Assembly (NCBI GenBank): GCA_963794165.1
Contig: CAWCCT010000008.1
Span: forward strand, 245,054-309,053
Source of the DNA: an uncultured Acidobacteriaceae bacterium
GTDB lineage: Bacteria > Acidobacteriota > Terriglobia > Terriglobales > Acidobacteriaceae
Length of the DNA stretch: 64,000 nucleotides
Direction of reading: 5' to 3'
Positions 18,176-26,194 of the stretch are shown here, one piece after another. The first letter of the stretch is position 1. Every line of letters starts with the position of its first letter. The notes beneath the pieces were generated by a model. The model saw only the letters and a program-made list of their open reading frames with translations. It had not been told where the DNA came from and made no database searches. Both the position numbers and the translations under genes were made by a program.

Positions 18176-19414
18176 CTAACGTCCACGTCCGCCACGCTCT
18201 CCGCTGCCACGCTCTCCGCCGCCACGCTGCATTCCGGCATGCTGCTGGCCACCACGCGGTTGGGCGCCGCGACCCTGATCTGCGCGTTGAGAGGCTGCTG
18301 GATGCATGCTGGATCGGCCACGATCAGCTTCGGCGCGAGCCTGGTTACCATTGCCGCTCATGGTGGAGCGGTTCCGTTCGGCACCGATCGCATTAGCGCG
18401 ATTGCTGTTTTCCTGTGGGTGCTGAACGCCGCCGTTGCCACCGATTAATCCGTGATTTCCGTTGCGGCCTCCATTGGGCTCGCCCGGCCTGGGTCCGTTG
18501 TTCCGGTTGTTGGCGTTGTTATTGTTCCAGTTGTTTCGGTTGCCGTTATTGTTGTTTCTGTTCCCGTTGTCATTGTTGTTGTTACTGTTTCTGTTGATGA
18601 CGGTTCGGTTGATGTAGGTGTTGTGGTTGTAGTTGATGTTTCCACCGCCACCGCCTCCGCCCCAGTTACACCCCCACGCACCGAAACCCCATGCAGCTCC
18701 GCCGCCGAAGCCTCCACCAACAAAACCGCCGCCGCCGAATGCTGCGCCAATTGCCACGCCCGCGCCAAAAGAAACCCCGGCTGCAACCGCCACCGGTGGC
18801 GTGTACGCGGGGACAAAGAGGGGCGTGCCGTAGACGACTGCCGGATTGTATTGCGGGACATAAACTACGCTGCTGTTTGCTGGTTCGATGACGATCGTTT
18901 GCGGGCCCTGTTGCACCACCTTGATCTGGGGTGAAGACTTGAGCGCGCCTGCCGCTTGTGCCTTCGCGCGCATGACCTGCACCGCGGCCAACACGTCTGA
19001 TTGCTGATTGGTGAATGCTTGCCCCAGGCTCGACGTCCAGGACAAGTTCTTCGCCAGATCGTGCAGCACAGATGGAAATTGCGTTAACGCTTTCACGCTG
19101 GGATCCCACGACTGTTGATCCACTTGCTGGACGAGCGCGCTTCCCGTGAGGGTTTGATTCTGGGCCAACCAGTCATCAGCGAAAGCGACCTCATCGGGAT
19201 AGCTGGCGGCAGCCAGCACTTGTGCCACGAGGGCATCAGGGTAAAGCGCGATGGGCGCAACCAAAGTGTCGAGTTGATCTGCTGTCAGCGGCGCCACGGC
19301 GGGCACAGCGGGAGCCGATGCAGGCTGAAGGGAAGTCTGGGCTGTCACTCCCTGCGCCAGCAGGATCGCGCACAGCGGCATGGAAAGGGCCTGGTATATT
19401 TTCCTGGAAATCAT
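18176..19414 (-). CDS. DUF3300-family secreted protein with Gly-, Asn- and Arg/Gly-rich low-complexity tail
   Basis: 412 aa. Signal peptide. DUF3300 signature LVAPIALYPDALVAQVLAAASYPDEV. The C-terminal half is low complexity (residues ~225-412). Confidence 0.85.
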   Translation of the reverse strand: MISRKIYQALSMPLCAILLAQGVTAQTSLQPASAPAVPAVAPLTADQLDTLVAPIALYPDALVAQVLAAASYPDEVAFADDWLAQNQTLTGSALVQQVDQQSWDPSVKALTQFPSVLHDLAKNLSWTSSLGQAFTNQQSDVLAAVQVMRAKAQAAGALKSSPQIKVVQQGPQTIVIEPANSSVVYVPQYNPAVVYGTPLFVPAYTPPVAVAAGVSFGAGVAIGAAFGGGGFVGGGFGGGAAWGFGAWGCNWGGGGGGGNINYNHNTYINRTVINRNSNNNNDNGNRNNNNGNRNNWNNNNANNRNNGPRPGEPNGGRNGNHGLIGGNGGVQHPQENSNRANAIGAERNRSTMSGNGNQARAEADRGRSSMHPAASQRADQGRGAQPRGGQQHAGMQRGGGERGSGERGGRGR

Positions 19415-19680
19415 CTCTGTCTCTCTCTCATTTCAAGATGGCGTGCAAGCCCGTGTCTAAAGTGAAAGCAATGAGAGAGGAGGACATTACTCCATTTCGC
19501 AATCCCGGCTTGCCAGGGAATCTGCGAAACTTCGTGATGAATCATTACAAACTCTGCATTGCTCTGATCTCTTGCAAGATGAGAGTAGAGCGATTGTTGA
19601 AGGGAAAAAATAGAGGGAACTACACAAACACCCATGTGGTACTACACGGAAACGAGCGAATTTCTTTTCCTAACATCGCT

Positions 19681-19870
19681 GGACGGGTGCCCCATGTTCG
19701 CACCAGCGTACATGGGCCGAAAACCGGCTTTTTCCAATGCTTTCACTCCTTGGGCAACGATTCTTGGGTCCGGCAACGGAGTTTTTCCCGCATAACAGAA
19801 GCGTTCGAAGATGGCTGCGCCCCGTCTTGTTCGTCCCATGTACGCTGGTGAGAACATGGGGCACCCGTCC
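19681..19870. repeat. inverted repeat with 36-nt arms, same family as 4277-4466
   Basis: GGACGGGTGCCCCATGTTCGCACCAGCGTACATGGG (19681-19716) against its complement at 19835-19870, with 1 mismatch. Each arm has an internal CCCATGT/ACATGGG hairpin. Confidence 0.8.
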
Positions 19871-19903
19871 AGAATCGCTGTTTGATCCGAGCTCAGCACC
19901 ACT

Positions 19904-20581
19904 TTATAACTTGCTTTTATTCTGCAAAGCGAACCGCAGCAGCGCATTGGCGCCCTCGCCCTCAAGGGAGAGCTTACGGCAAATATTGGTGCGGTGATTC
20001 TCGACCGTGCGGTAGTGAATGGAGAGCTCCGACCCGATCTCTTTGCTTGACTTGCCATTGCCGATCAATTGCATGATGCGCCGTTCGGTGGGAGAGAGTT
20101 GGTCTACCGGGATTCCCGTCGATGCTTTGCGCGGGGTTTCGCGGTGATCCAGCATCTGCATCGCGATGGCTGAGCTGTAGTAGGGCCGGCCGGCGGCCAC
20201 GGAACGTATTCCAGCCACGATCTCCAGCCCAGCGCTATCCTTCAAAATGTAGCCCTTGCAGCCAAGTTCGAGCGCGGTGCGAAACATGTCTTCATCCATG
20301 TGCAGGGTTAGAAAGATCGTCTTTACCGCCAGGCCGAGCCTCCGGGCTTCCCGGGCAACGCCTAATCCGTCCAACTTTGGCATGTCAATGTCGAGTACAG
20401 CGATATCGGGGCGAAGTTTGCTTATAAGCGCCAATGCTTCTTCACCATCGGAAGCTTCCGCAACAACTTTTAAGCCCGAATCTTCCTCAATAGTGAGGCG
20501 TAGACCCTTGCGCAATACTGGATGGTCATCGGCGATCAAGATGCGAATCGGGTCTGCTTCCATCGTTTCTTCCTTCCCCAA
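19904..20581 (-). CDS. NarL/FixJ-type response regulator (receiver + LuxR HTH)
   Basis: 225 aa. ILIADDHPVLRKGL, DIAVLDIDMPKLDG, and C-terminal LSPTERRIMQLIGNGKSSKEIGSELSIHYRTVENHR. Alternative start at ATG 20563. Confidence 0.9.
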   Translation of the reverse strand: MGKEETMEADPIRILIADDHPVLRKGLRLTIEEDSGLKVVAEASDGEEALALISKLRPDIAVLDIDMPKLDGLGVAREARRLGLAVKTIFLTLHMDEDMFRTALELGCKGYILKDSAGLEIVAGIRSVAAGRPYYSSAIAMQMLDHRETPRKASTGIPVDQLSPTERRIMQLIGNGKSSKEIGSELSIHYRTVENHRTNICRKLSLEGEGANALLRFALQNKSKL

Positions 20582-20598
20582 AAAGCACTGCGGCCTGC

Positions 20599-20612
20599 GT
20601 GTGGTACCACAC
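20599..20612. promoter_or_regulatory. perfect 14-bp palindrome GTGTGGTACCACAC in a divergent promoter region
   Basis: Self-complementary. It lies between the NarL-type regulator gene and the plus-strand secreted-protein/CheY/kinase genes. Confidence 0.35.
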
Positions 20613-20709
20613 GGGTGTTCGTGTAGTGTCCCCTATTCTGGTCCCCCGCTGGCACTCGTATTCTAAATCCAAGGCATTGCTTATCGAATGCACCGAGGTG
20701 ATCAGCACT

Positions 20710-21183
20710 ATGGTTTTCAGGTTACGTTTCGCTTTTCTTCTTTGGGCTCTCTGGGGCATCCCGTCGCTCGCCCAGACCTATCACGATCCGGTAGCCTATT
20801 GCCGGGCGGTAGGGACGATTGACAAGCCTGGCTCCGCCTATGTCGGTCCCAAGCTGCCGGTCTGGCTGGCGCAGAAGCTAGACCTGAAACCTGACCAGGC
20901 GTCGTTGATGGAATGGCGTTGCGCGAATAAGGCTGTGCTTGCCTGCGTTTATGGCGCGAACATACCATGCGACTCCAAGGCGAACACCAGCCAGACGCCC
21001 ACATCGGCGATCCTCGACTACTGCCGCCAGAATCCCAACTCCAGCTTCATCCCCATGGTGGTAACCGGACATGACACATCGATTTCCTGGGCTTGCCACG
21101 GTGATCACCCGGCGGTGATTAACAGCAGTGCAGTGGATGCCCAGGGCTACACGCAGGCTTACTGGAAGACCGTCTCCCCGTAA
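20710..21183 (+). CDS. secreted six-cysteine protein, unknown function
   Basis: ORF 20599..21183. I place the start at ATG 20710 (MVFRLRFAFLLWALWGIPSLAQT). Six Cys residues in the mature part. Confidence 0.6.
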   Translation: MVFRLRFAFLLWALWGIPSLAQTYHDPVAYCRAVGTIDKPGSAYVGPKLPVWLAQKLDLKPDQASLMEWRCANKAVLACVYGANIPCDSKANTSQTPTSAILDYCRQNPNSSFIPMVVTGHDTSISWACHGDHPAVINSSAVDAQGYTQAYWKTVSP

Positions 21184-21291
21184 ACGGCCAACCCTCGATC
21201 TACCTTGCTGAACTGGAAACTCGCTTAGCCGGGATGGATCTACCGCCCCATGGCCCAGATCCAGCCTGGACGAAATTTATTTAGGAAGAGT

Positions 21292-21657
21292 ATGAATGTA
21301 TTGATAGTCGAAGATAATTCAGGGGTCCGCAGTCTGCTGCGGCGGGCGCTTCACGGCACAGCGACCCGGGTATGGGAGTGCAGCGACGGAGCAGATGCGC
21401 TGCAATCCTATGCGGAGTTTCATCCGGATGTCGTACTGATGGACCTCCGCATGCCAGGTATGGATGGGCTGCAGGCGACCCGGCAGATTCGCCACTCGGA
21501 CCCGTTGGCCAAGGTGGTTGTGGTGACTGATTATGATGATGAAGATATGCGTCGCGCAGCGTCAGAGGCGGGGGCTTGCGGCTACACGCTGAAGCAGGAT
21601 CTTTCAGAATTGATAGAGCTGCTTCACGCGCTAAACTCTGAGCCAGGCGATTCGTAG
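21292..21657 (+). CDS. single-domain CheY-like response regulator
   Basis: ORF 21250..21657. ATG 21292 follows AGGAAG. MNVLIVEDNSGVR, DVVLMDLRMPGMDG, and KVVVVTDY with a downstream K. Confidence 0.85.
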   Translation: MNVLIVEDNSGVRSLLRRALHGTATRVWECSDGADALQSYAEFHPDVVLMDLRMPGMDGLQATRQIRHSDPLAKVVVVTDYDDEDMRRAASEAGACGYTLKQDLSELIELLHALNSEPGDS

Positions 21658-21772
21658 ATTCAGAGTGCATTGTGGGCTCGAGGTTCGACCAGGGTCCGGC
21701 GCGCCGTTAACGCATGGTAAGCACCAGATGAGCGTGAAGACGACTGGCGGCCCCCTCCGAGACCTTGGTCCC

Positions 21773-24751
21773 ATGGACCTACCCACGCTATTCAGGCCTT
21801 TGTTTCGCCTTGCTCTGCTGCTAATCATGCTGAGCCCTGGGCTCGTTGCTCGCGCCCAGTACGGCATTGATCACTGGACCGTTCAAGACGGTTTACCGCA
21901 AGGCATTATTCGCGGCATCGCGCAGACCCCGGATGGTTATCTCTGGATAACTACGTTGGATGGTTTGGTCAGGTTTGACGGTGTCCGCTTCACCATCTTT
22001 GCCAAGGGTGATACCCCAGGCCTGATATCAAACCGATTTCGCGAAATGTATCGAGGCCGTGGCGGGGACCTCTGGCTGACCAATGAAATTGGCGGTGTCA
22101 CTCGCTACCACGATGGAGTTTTTTTTAGTTATGGAGTCGAGCGGGGCATTCCTGCCAGTGTGGTGAATGCGTTAACCGTGAACGAAGCAGGAGATGTGTG
22201 GATTCTTTCTGATAACAAGATTCTGCATTGGGATCAGGAAATTGGAAAGTTCGTCGACATTACGGCGCCGCAAACCAAGGTCAACTATGCCTTGCTGCTC
22301 TGGGATATTCCCGGCTTCTGGGGACGAGACGGCGCGAAGATTCACTGCTTCGCGAACGGCCGCTTCGTGGACTATCCCCTGCCTCCGTGGCTGGAGCACG
22401 AATCGCTTTGGGGCGCGGCCGTTGACCGGCACGGAGCCCTGTGGCTCGAGACCTCCGTCGGAAAGCAGACCAGAATCGATCGCGACGGGACCAGTCACGC
22501 GTTTAAGGATAGCGACCATCCCAGTATGAGTTTTGTTGATAGCCACCGGCAATCGTGGAACATGCGCGTCGGAGACCACCTTAGTCGCAACCTTGACTTC
22601 TTATCGTCCGGCAGCAGCGTGACCATCCCAGTAACTCGTTGGTACGAGGACCGGCAAGGAAACCTCTGGTTGGGCACTGAAGGGGACGGACTCTATCACC
22701 TGCAAAAGCAGTCCATCCAGGTTTATTCCCAGGAGCAAGGGCTCGCCGATCGTGATGACTATGCGATCTACCAGGACCACGCCGGCGCTGTGTGGATCGG
22801 AGCGTGGCACGTGGGGCTCAGCCGCTTTGCTGCAGGAAAATTCACCAACTACAGCAGGGCTGACGGTCTGCCCGGCCGAAACGTGACAGCAATCCTGGAG
22901 GATCGCGATCACCGGCTCTGGATAGGTTCCTATGGTGGATTGAGCATCTTCGACAAAGGCCGTTTTCATAAGGCCACCCAACCGTCTCTCGCGGATGGAG
23001 TCGTCGTTCAGGCGATCTGTCAGGACCGGGAAGGGACTCTCTGGTTCGGAACGAACAACGGTCTTGCGCGCTACAAAGACGGGGTAACCACCCTTTTTTC
23101 GGCCAAACAAGGCCTTGCCTCTGAAGACGTCCACGTAATTATCGAAGACAGCTCGGGAGATCTTTGGATCGGCGGGTATGGAGGTCTCACACGGCTTCAC
23201 CATGGCCTGTTCACTCGTTGGACAGAACAGGATGGACTTCCGAGCAATACGATCTGGTCGATTTACGAAGACAGTGATCGCGTTCTCTGGATCGGCACCT
23301 ACGATGGTGGACTTGCCCGCTTCAAGGATGGCAAGTTCACGCGCTACACCGTCAAAGATGGCTTATTCAGCAACGGCGTCTTTCAAACTCTGGAAGATCG
23401 ACGCTCCAATCTCTGGATTAGCTGCAATCGTGGTATCTACCGCGTGAGCAAACGCGAGCTGAATGAGTTTGCGGCGGGAGACCGCTCCACGATTACCTCG
23501 GTTGCCTTCGGAAAAATCGACGGCATGCTGAACGTGGAGTGCAACGGAGGCGTGTGGCCTGCCGGCACCAGGACCAGGGACGGCAAACTGTGGTTTCCGA
23601 CATTGGATGGCGCAGCAGTGATCGACCCCGAATTGATCGTCTCCGATTCGCAGCCGCCGCCCGTAATCATCGAATCAGCTCTCCTCGACCGCGCTCCTAT
23701 GCTGGTTACGGCGCCGCTGCGCATTCGTCCAGGCCAGGAAAACCTGGAGATTTCGTACACGGCTCCGGCTTTCATCAAGCCTGCTCAAATTAATTTCAAA
23801 TATCAGCTCGAAGGCCAGGAGTCGCAATGGGTCGATGCCGGTTCGCGGCGCACAGCATACTACTCCCATCTGCCGGCCGGTAATTATACGTTCCGAGTCA
23901 TTGCCGCGACGAGTGATGGAATCTGGAATCTCAAAGGAGCGACTTTGGCGGTCGTTGTGCTCGCGCCCTTTTATGAGACCTGGTGGTTTGCGTCGCTTGT
24001 ATTGGTTCTTGCAGCAGCTGGCACGGCTGTGGGGTGGAACTATCGCGTCGCGCAACTCAAGCGTGCCAGCGCTGCCCAGCAAGCGTTCTCCCAGCAACTG
24101 ATCGCCTCCCAAGAGAACGAGCGAAGGCGCATCGCTGCAGAGCTGCACGACAGCCTGGGGCAGAGGCTGGTGGTAATCAATAATCTCGCTCTATTTGCGC
24201 TTCGTTCTAAAGGTAAGGGCAGCCAGCAGGGCACCGAGGGTCACACGGTGGACGCAACGGCCGTGGAAGAGATAAGTGCCGAAACCAAATTAGCAATTCA
24301 GGAAACTCGGGAAATCTCCTACAACCTCCGGCCTTTCCAGTTAGACCGCCTGGGGTTGAACAAGGCTATCGAAGCCATGATCCGAACCGTGGCTAAGTCG
24401 GCGGGCATAAATTTTTCCACGAAACTTGATGATATCGATGATCTGTTTCCCGAGGAACTACGAATCAACTTCTACCGCATCGTGCAGGAAGGCCTGAACA
24501 ATATAGTGAAGCATTCCGGCGCAAGCCAGGTGAACGTTAGTATCCAGCGAACCAGCGAGCGAATGGTGCTGACCATCCAGGACGATGGCCGAGGATTCGC
24601 TGCAGGAGGTCGCCCCGCACAGTCTGGTCAGAATGGTTTTGGTTTAACAGGAATGGCAGAACGCGCTAATCTGCTTGGCGGCCAGCTTCAAGTGCAATCT
24701 GATCCCGGCCGCGGCACAGTCGTGACGGTGGTGATTCCCAAGACCCAATAA
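21773..24751 (+). CDS. sensor histidine kinase with periplasmic two-component-regulator propeller / Y_Y_Y domains and a HisKA_3 core
   Basis: ORF 21665..24751. Probable start ATG 21773 (MDLPTLFRPLFRLALLLIML). Repeated ..LWIGT..GL.R.. propeller motifs. YTAPAFIKPAQINFKYQLEG..YYSHLPAGNYTFRV. TM helix WWFASLVLVLAAAGTAVGW. H-box AAELHDSLGQRLV. GFGLTGMAERANLLGG. Confidence 0.85.
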   Translation: MDLPTLFRPLFRLALLLIMLSPGLVARAQYGIDHWTVQDGLPQGIIRGIAQTPDGYLWITTLDGLVRFDGVRFTIFAKGDTPGLISNRFREMYRGRGGDLWLTNEIGGVTRYHDGVFFSYGVERGIPASVVNALTVNEAGDVWILSDNKILHWDQEIGKFVDITAPQTKVNYALLLWDIPGFWGRDGAKIHCFANGRFVDYPLPPWLEHESLWGAAVDRHGALWLETSVGKQTRIDRDGTSHAFKDSDHPSMSFVDSHRQSWNMRVGDHLSRNLDFLSSGSSVTIPVTRWYEDRQGNLWLGTEGDGLYHLQKQSIQVYSQEQGLADRDDYAIYQDHAGAVWIGAWHVGLSRFAAGKFTNYSRADGLPGRNVTAILEDRDHRLWIGSYGGLSIFDKGRFHKATQPSLADGVVVQAICQDREGTLWFGTNNGLARYKDGVTTLFSAKQGLASEDVHVIIEDSSGDLWIGGYGGLTRLHHGLFTRWTEQDGLPSNTIWSIYEDSDRVLWIGTYDGGLARFKDGKFTRYTVKDGLFSNGVFQTLEDRRSNLWISCNRGIYRVSKRELNEFAAGDRSTITSVAFGKIDGMLNVECNGGVWPAGTRTRDGKLWFPTLDGAAVIDPELIVSDSQPPPVIIESALLDRAPMLVTAPLRIRPGQENLEISYTAPAFIKPAQINFKYQLEGQESQWVDAGSRRTAYYSHLPAGNYTFRVIAATSDGIWNLKGATLAVVVLAPFYETWWFASLVLVLAAAGTAVGWNYRVAQLKRASAAQQAFSQQLIASQENERRRIAAELHDSLGQRLVVINNLALFALRSKGKGSQQGTEGHTVDATAVEEISAETKLAIQETREISYNLRPFQLDRLGLNKAIEAMIRTVAKSAGINFSTKLDDIDDLFPEELRINFYRIVQEGLNNIVKHSGASQVNVSIQRTSERMVLTIQDDGRGFAAGGRPAQSGQNGFGLTGMAERANLLGGQLQVQSDPGRGTVVTVVIPKTQ

Positions 24752-24759
24752 CCAAGGCC

Positions 24760-26178
24760 TTACTCCATCTCAAAGGCGACATACTGCAGCACCGACTGCC
24801 GCTCCACTTCAAGCACCACCGCGTCGCCCGTTTTCAATCCAGCAAGGGTCTGCCGCAACTGCTGCGCGTCTTTAATCGGCTGTCCATTAACCGCGCGAAT
24901 CACATCCCCCACCGCAAGGTCGGCTGCAGTGGCAGGTTCTCCTCCAAGCAGCCCAGCCACCAGGGCGCCACTATCGGAGCGCAGGCTGAGCAGGACTCCC
25001 ACCGAAGAGTTTTTGAGATCGATGACGAAAATTCCCAACGGGGCGATCAGGTCCCTCCTGGGATTGATGAGGTCCGAAAGACTGTCAATCTGCGGCGGTG
25101 CATTGATGGGTGTGACCGAGACCTTAACCGGCTTTCCATCCCGCAACACCTCCATCTTCATAGGAGTGTTTCGCTTGTGCACGTACAGGAATGCGGTGTA
25201 CTTCGGCAGCGCATCCACCCTAAGGCCATCCATCGTGGTCACGATATCTTTCGCCTTCAGGCCCGCCGCCTCAGCCGGACTACCTGGATCGATGTCAGAA
25301 AGAATGACGCCCCAATCCTGTGGCAGCTTCAGGCCTGCGGCGAGTGCCGGCTTAATGGATTGAGCGTGTGCGCCGATGGTCACATTTGCAACGACACCGT
25401 GCTCCTTGAGTTCGTGATAAACAAAGCGCACGATTGGCTCCGGAATAGCGAAACCCAGGCCTTCGCTGCCTCCGCCGGATGAAACAATGAACGTGTTAAT
25501 ACCGACCAGATTGCCATCGCGATCGATCAATGGGCCGCCGCTATTACCCGGGTTGATCGGGGCATCGGTTTGCACATAGACCATGGGCCGGTCAACTTCG
25601 GGCTGTCTGCCCACTGCGCTGATGATTCCTTTGGTGACGGTGTGGTCCAGGCCCTCGGGAGCGCCAATCGCCACCACTGTCTGTCCTAAACGGAAATGAA
25701 ATATCTCCGGCAGTGGGATAAAGGGCAGGTCCTTGGCTTCAATCTTGATCAAGGCTACGTCCGCGTAGCGAGTCGATCCGATCAGCTTCGCTTCATACAC
25801 CCGCTGGGGGTTGTGCAAGCGTGTATTCCCGGTGACCAGCTCAACTGTGGCTGGGGCAATGATCACCCGGATGCGCAGCGCGCCGGCGACAACGTGATTG
25901 TTGGTGATGATGTACCCGTCGGGGTCGACAATAACGCCCGAGCCCAGAGAACGCTGTCTTTCCAGGGTGGTGGCGGTCTGCTGTTGTCCCTGGTCCTTGT
26001 CGCTCTCGGGCACACCGTAGCCCGTGACCTCGATCTCTACTACCGATTGCATGGCTCGCTCGGCAACCTGATCGATTGCCTGGTCATATTCTTTCAAAAT
26101 GGCTGGGCTTTGCTCTTGCCCATGGAGCGGCTGCAATAGGGCCACGCACGCCAGTGCAAGATAGAGGGTTCTTCTCAT
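24760..26178 (-). CDS. HtrA/DegP-family serine protease with two PDZ domains
   Basis: ORF 24760..26301. I place the start at ATG 26178 (MRRTLYLALACVALLQPLHG), 16 nt after the RND stop. TNNHVV, DVALIKI and GNSGGPLIDRDGNLVGINT form the catalytic triad context. Confidence 0.9.
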   Translation of the reverse strand: MRRTLYLALACVALLQPLHGQEQSPAILKEYDQAIDQVAERAMQSVVEIEVTGYGVPESDKDQGQQQTATTLERQRSLGSGVIVDPDGYIITNNHVVAGALRIRVIIAPATVELVTGNTRLHNPQRVYEAKLIGSTRYADVALIKIEAKDLPFIPLPEIFHFRLGQTVVAIGAPEGLDHTVTKGIISAVGRQPEVDRPMVYVQTDAPINPGNSGGPLIDRDGNLVGINTFIVSSGGGSEGLGFAIPEPIVRFVYHELKEHGVVANVTIGAHAQSIKPALAAGLKLPQDWGVILSDIDPGSPAEAAGLKAKDIVTTMDGLRVDALPKYTAFLYVHKRNTPMKMEVLRDGKPVKVSVTPINAPPQIDSLSDLINPRRDLIAPLGIFVIDLKNSSVGVLLSLRSDSGALVAGLLGGEPATAADLAVGDVIRAVNGQPIKDAQQLRQTLAGLKTGDAVVLEVERQSVLQYVAFEME

Positions 26179-26194
26179 GCTTAGGCGTATTCCT

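Noticed and set aside
18415-18934. Plus-strand ORFs with Cys/Val-rich translations (18415..18597, 18452..18934)
   Set aside because: These are artefacts of reading the (GTT)n-like complement of the Asn-rich tract of the DUF3300 gene.
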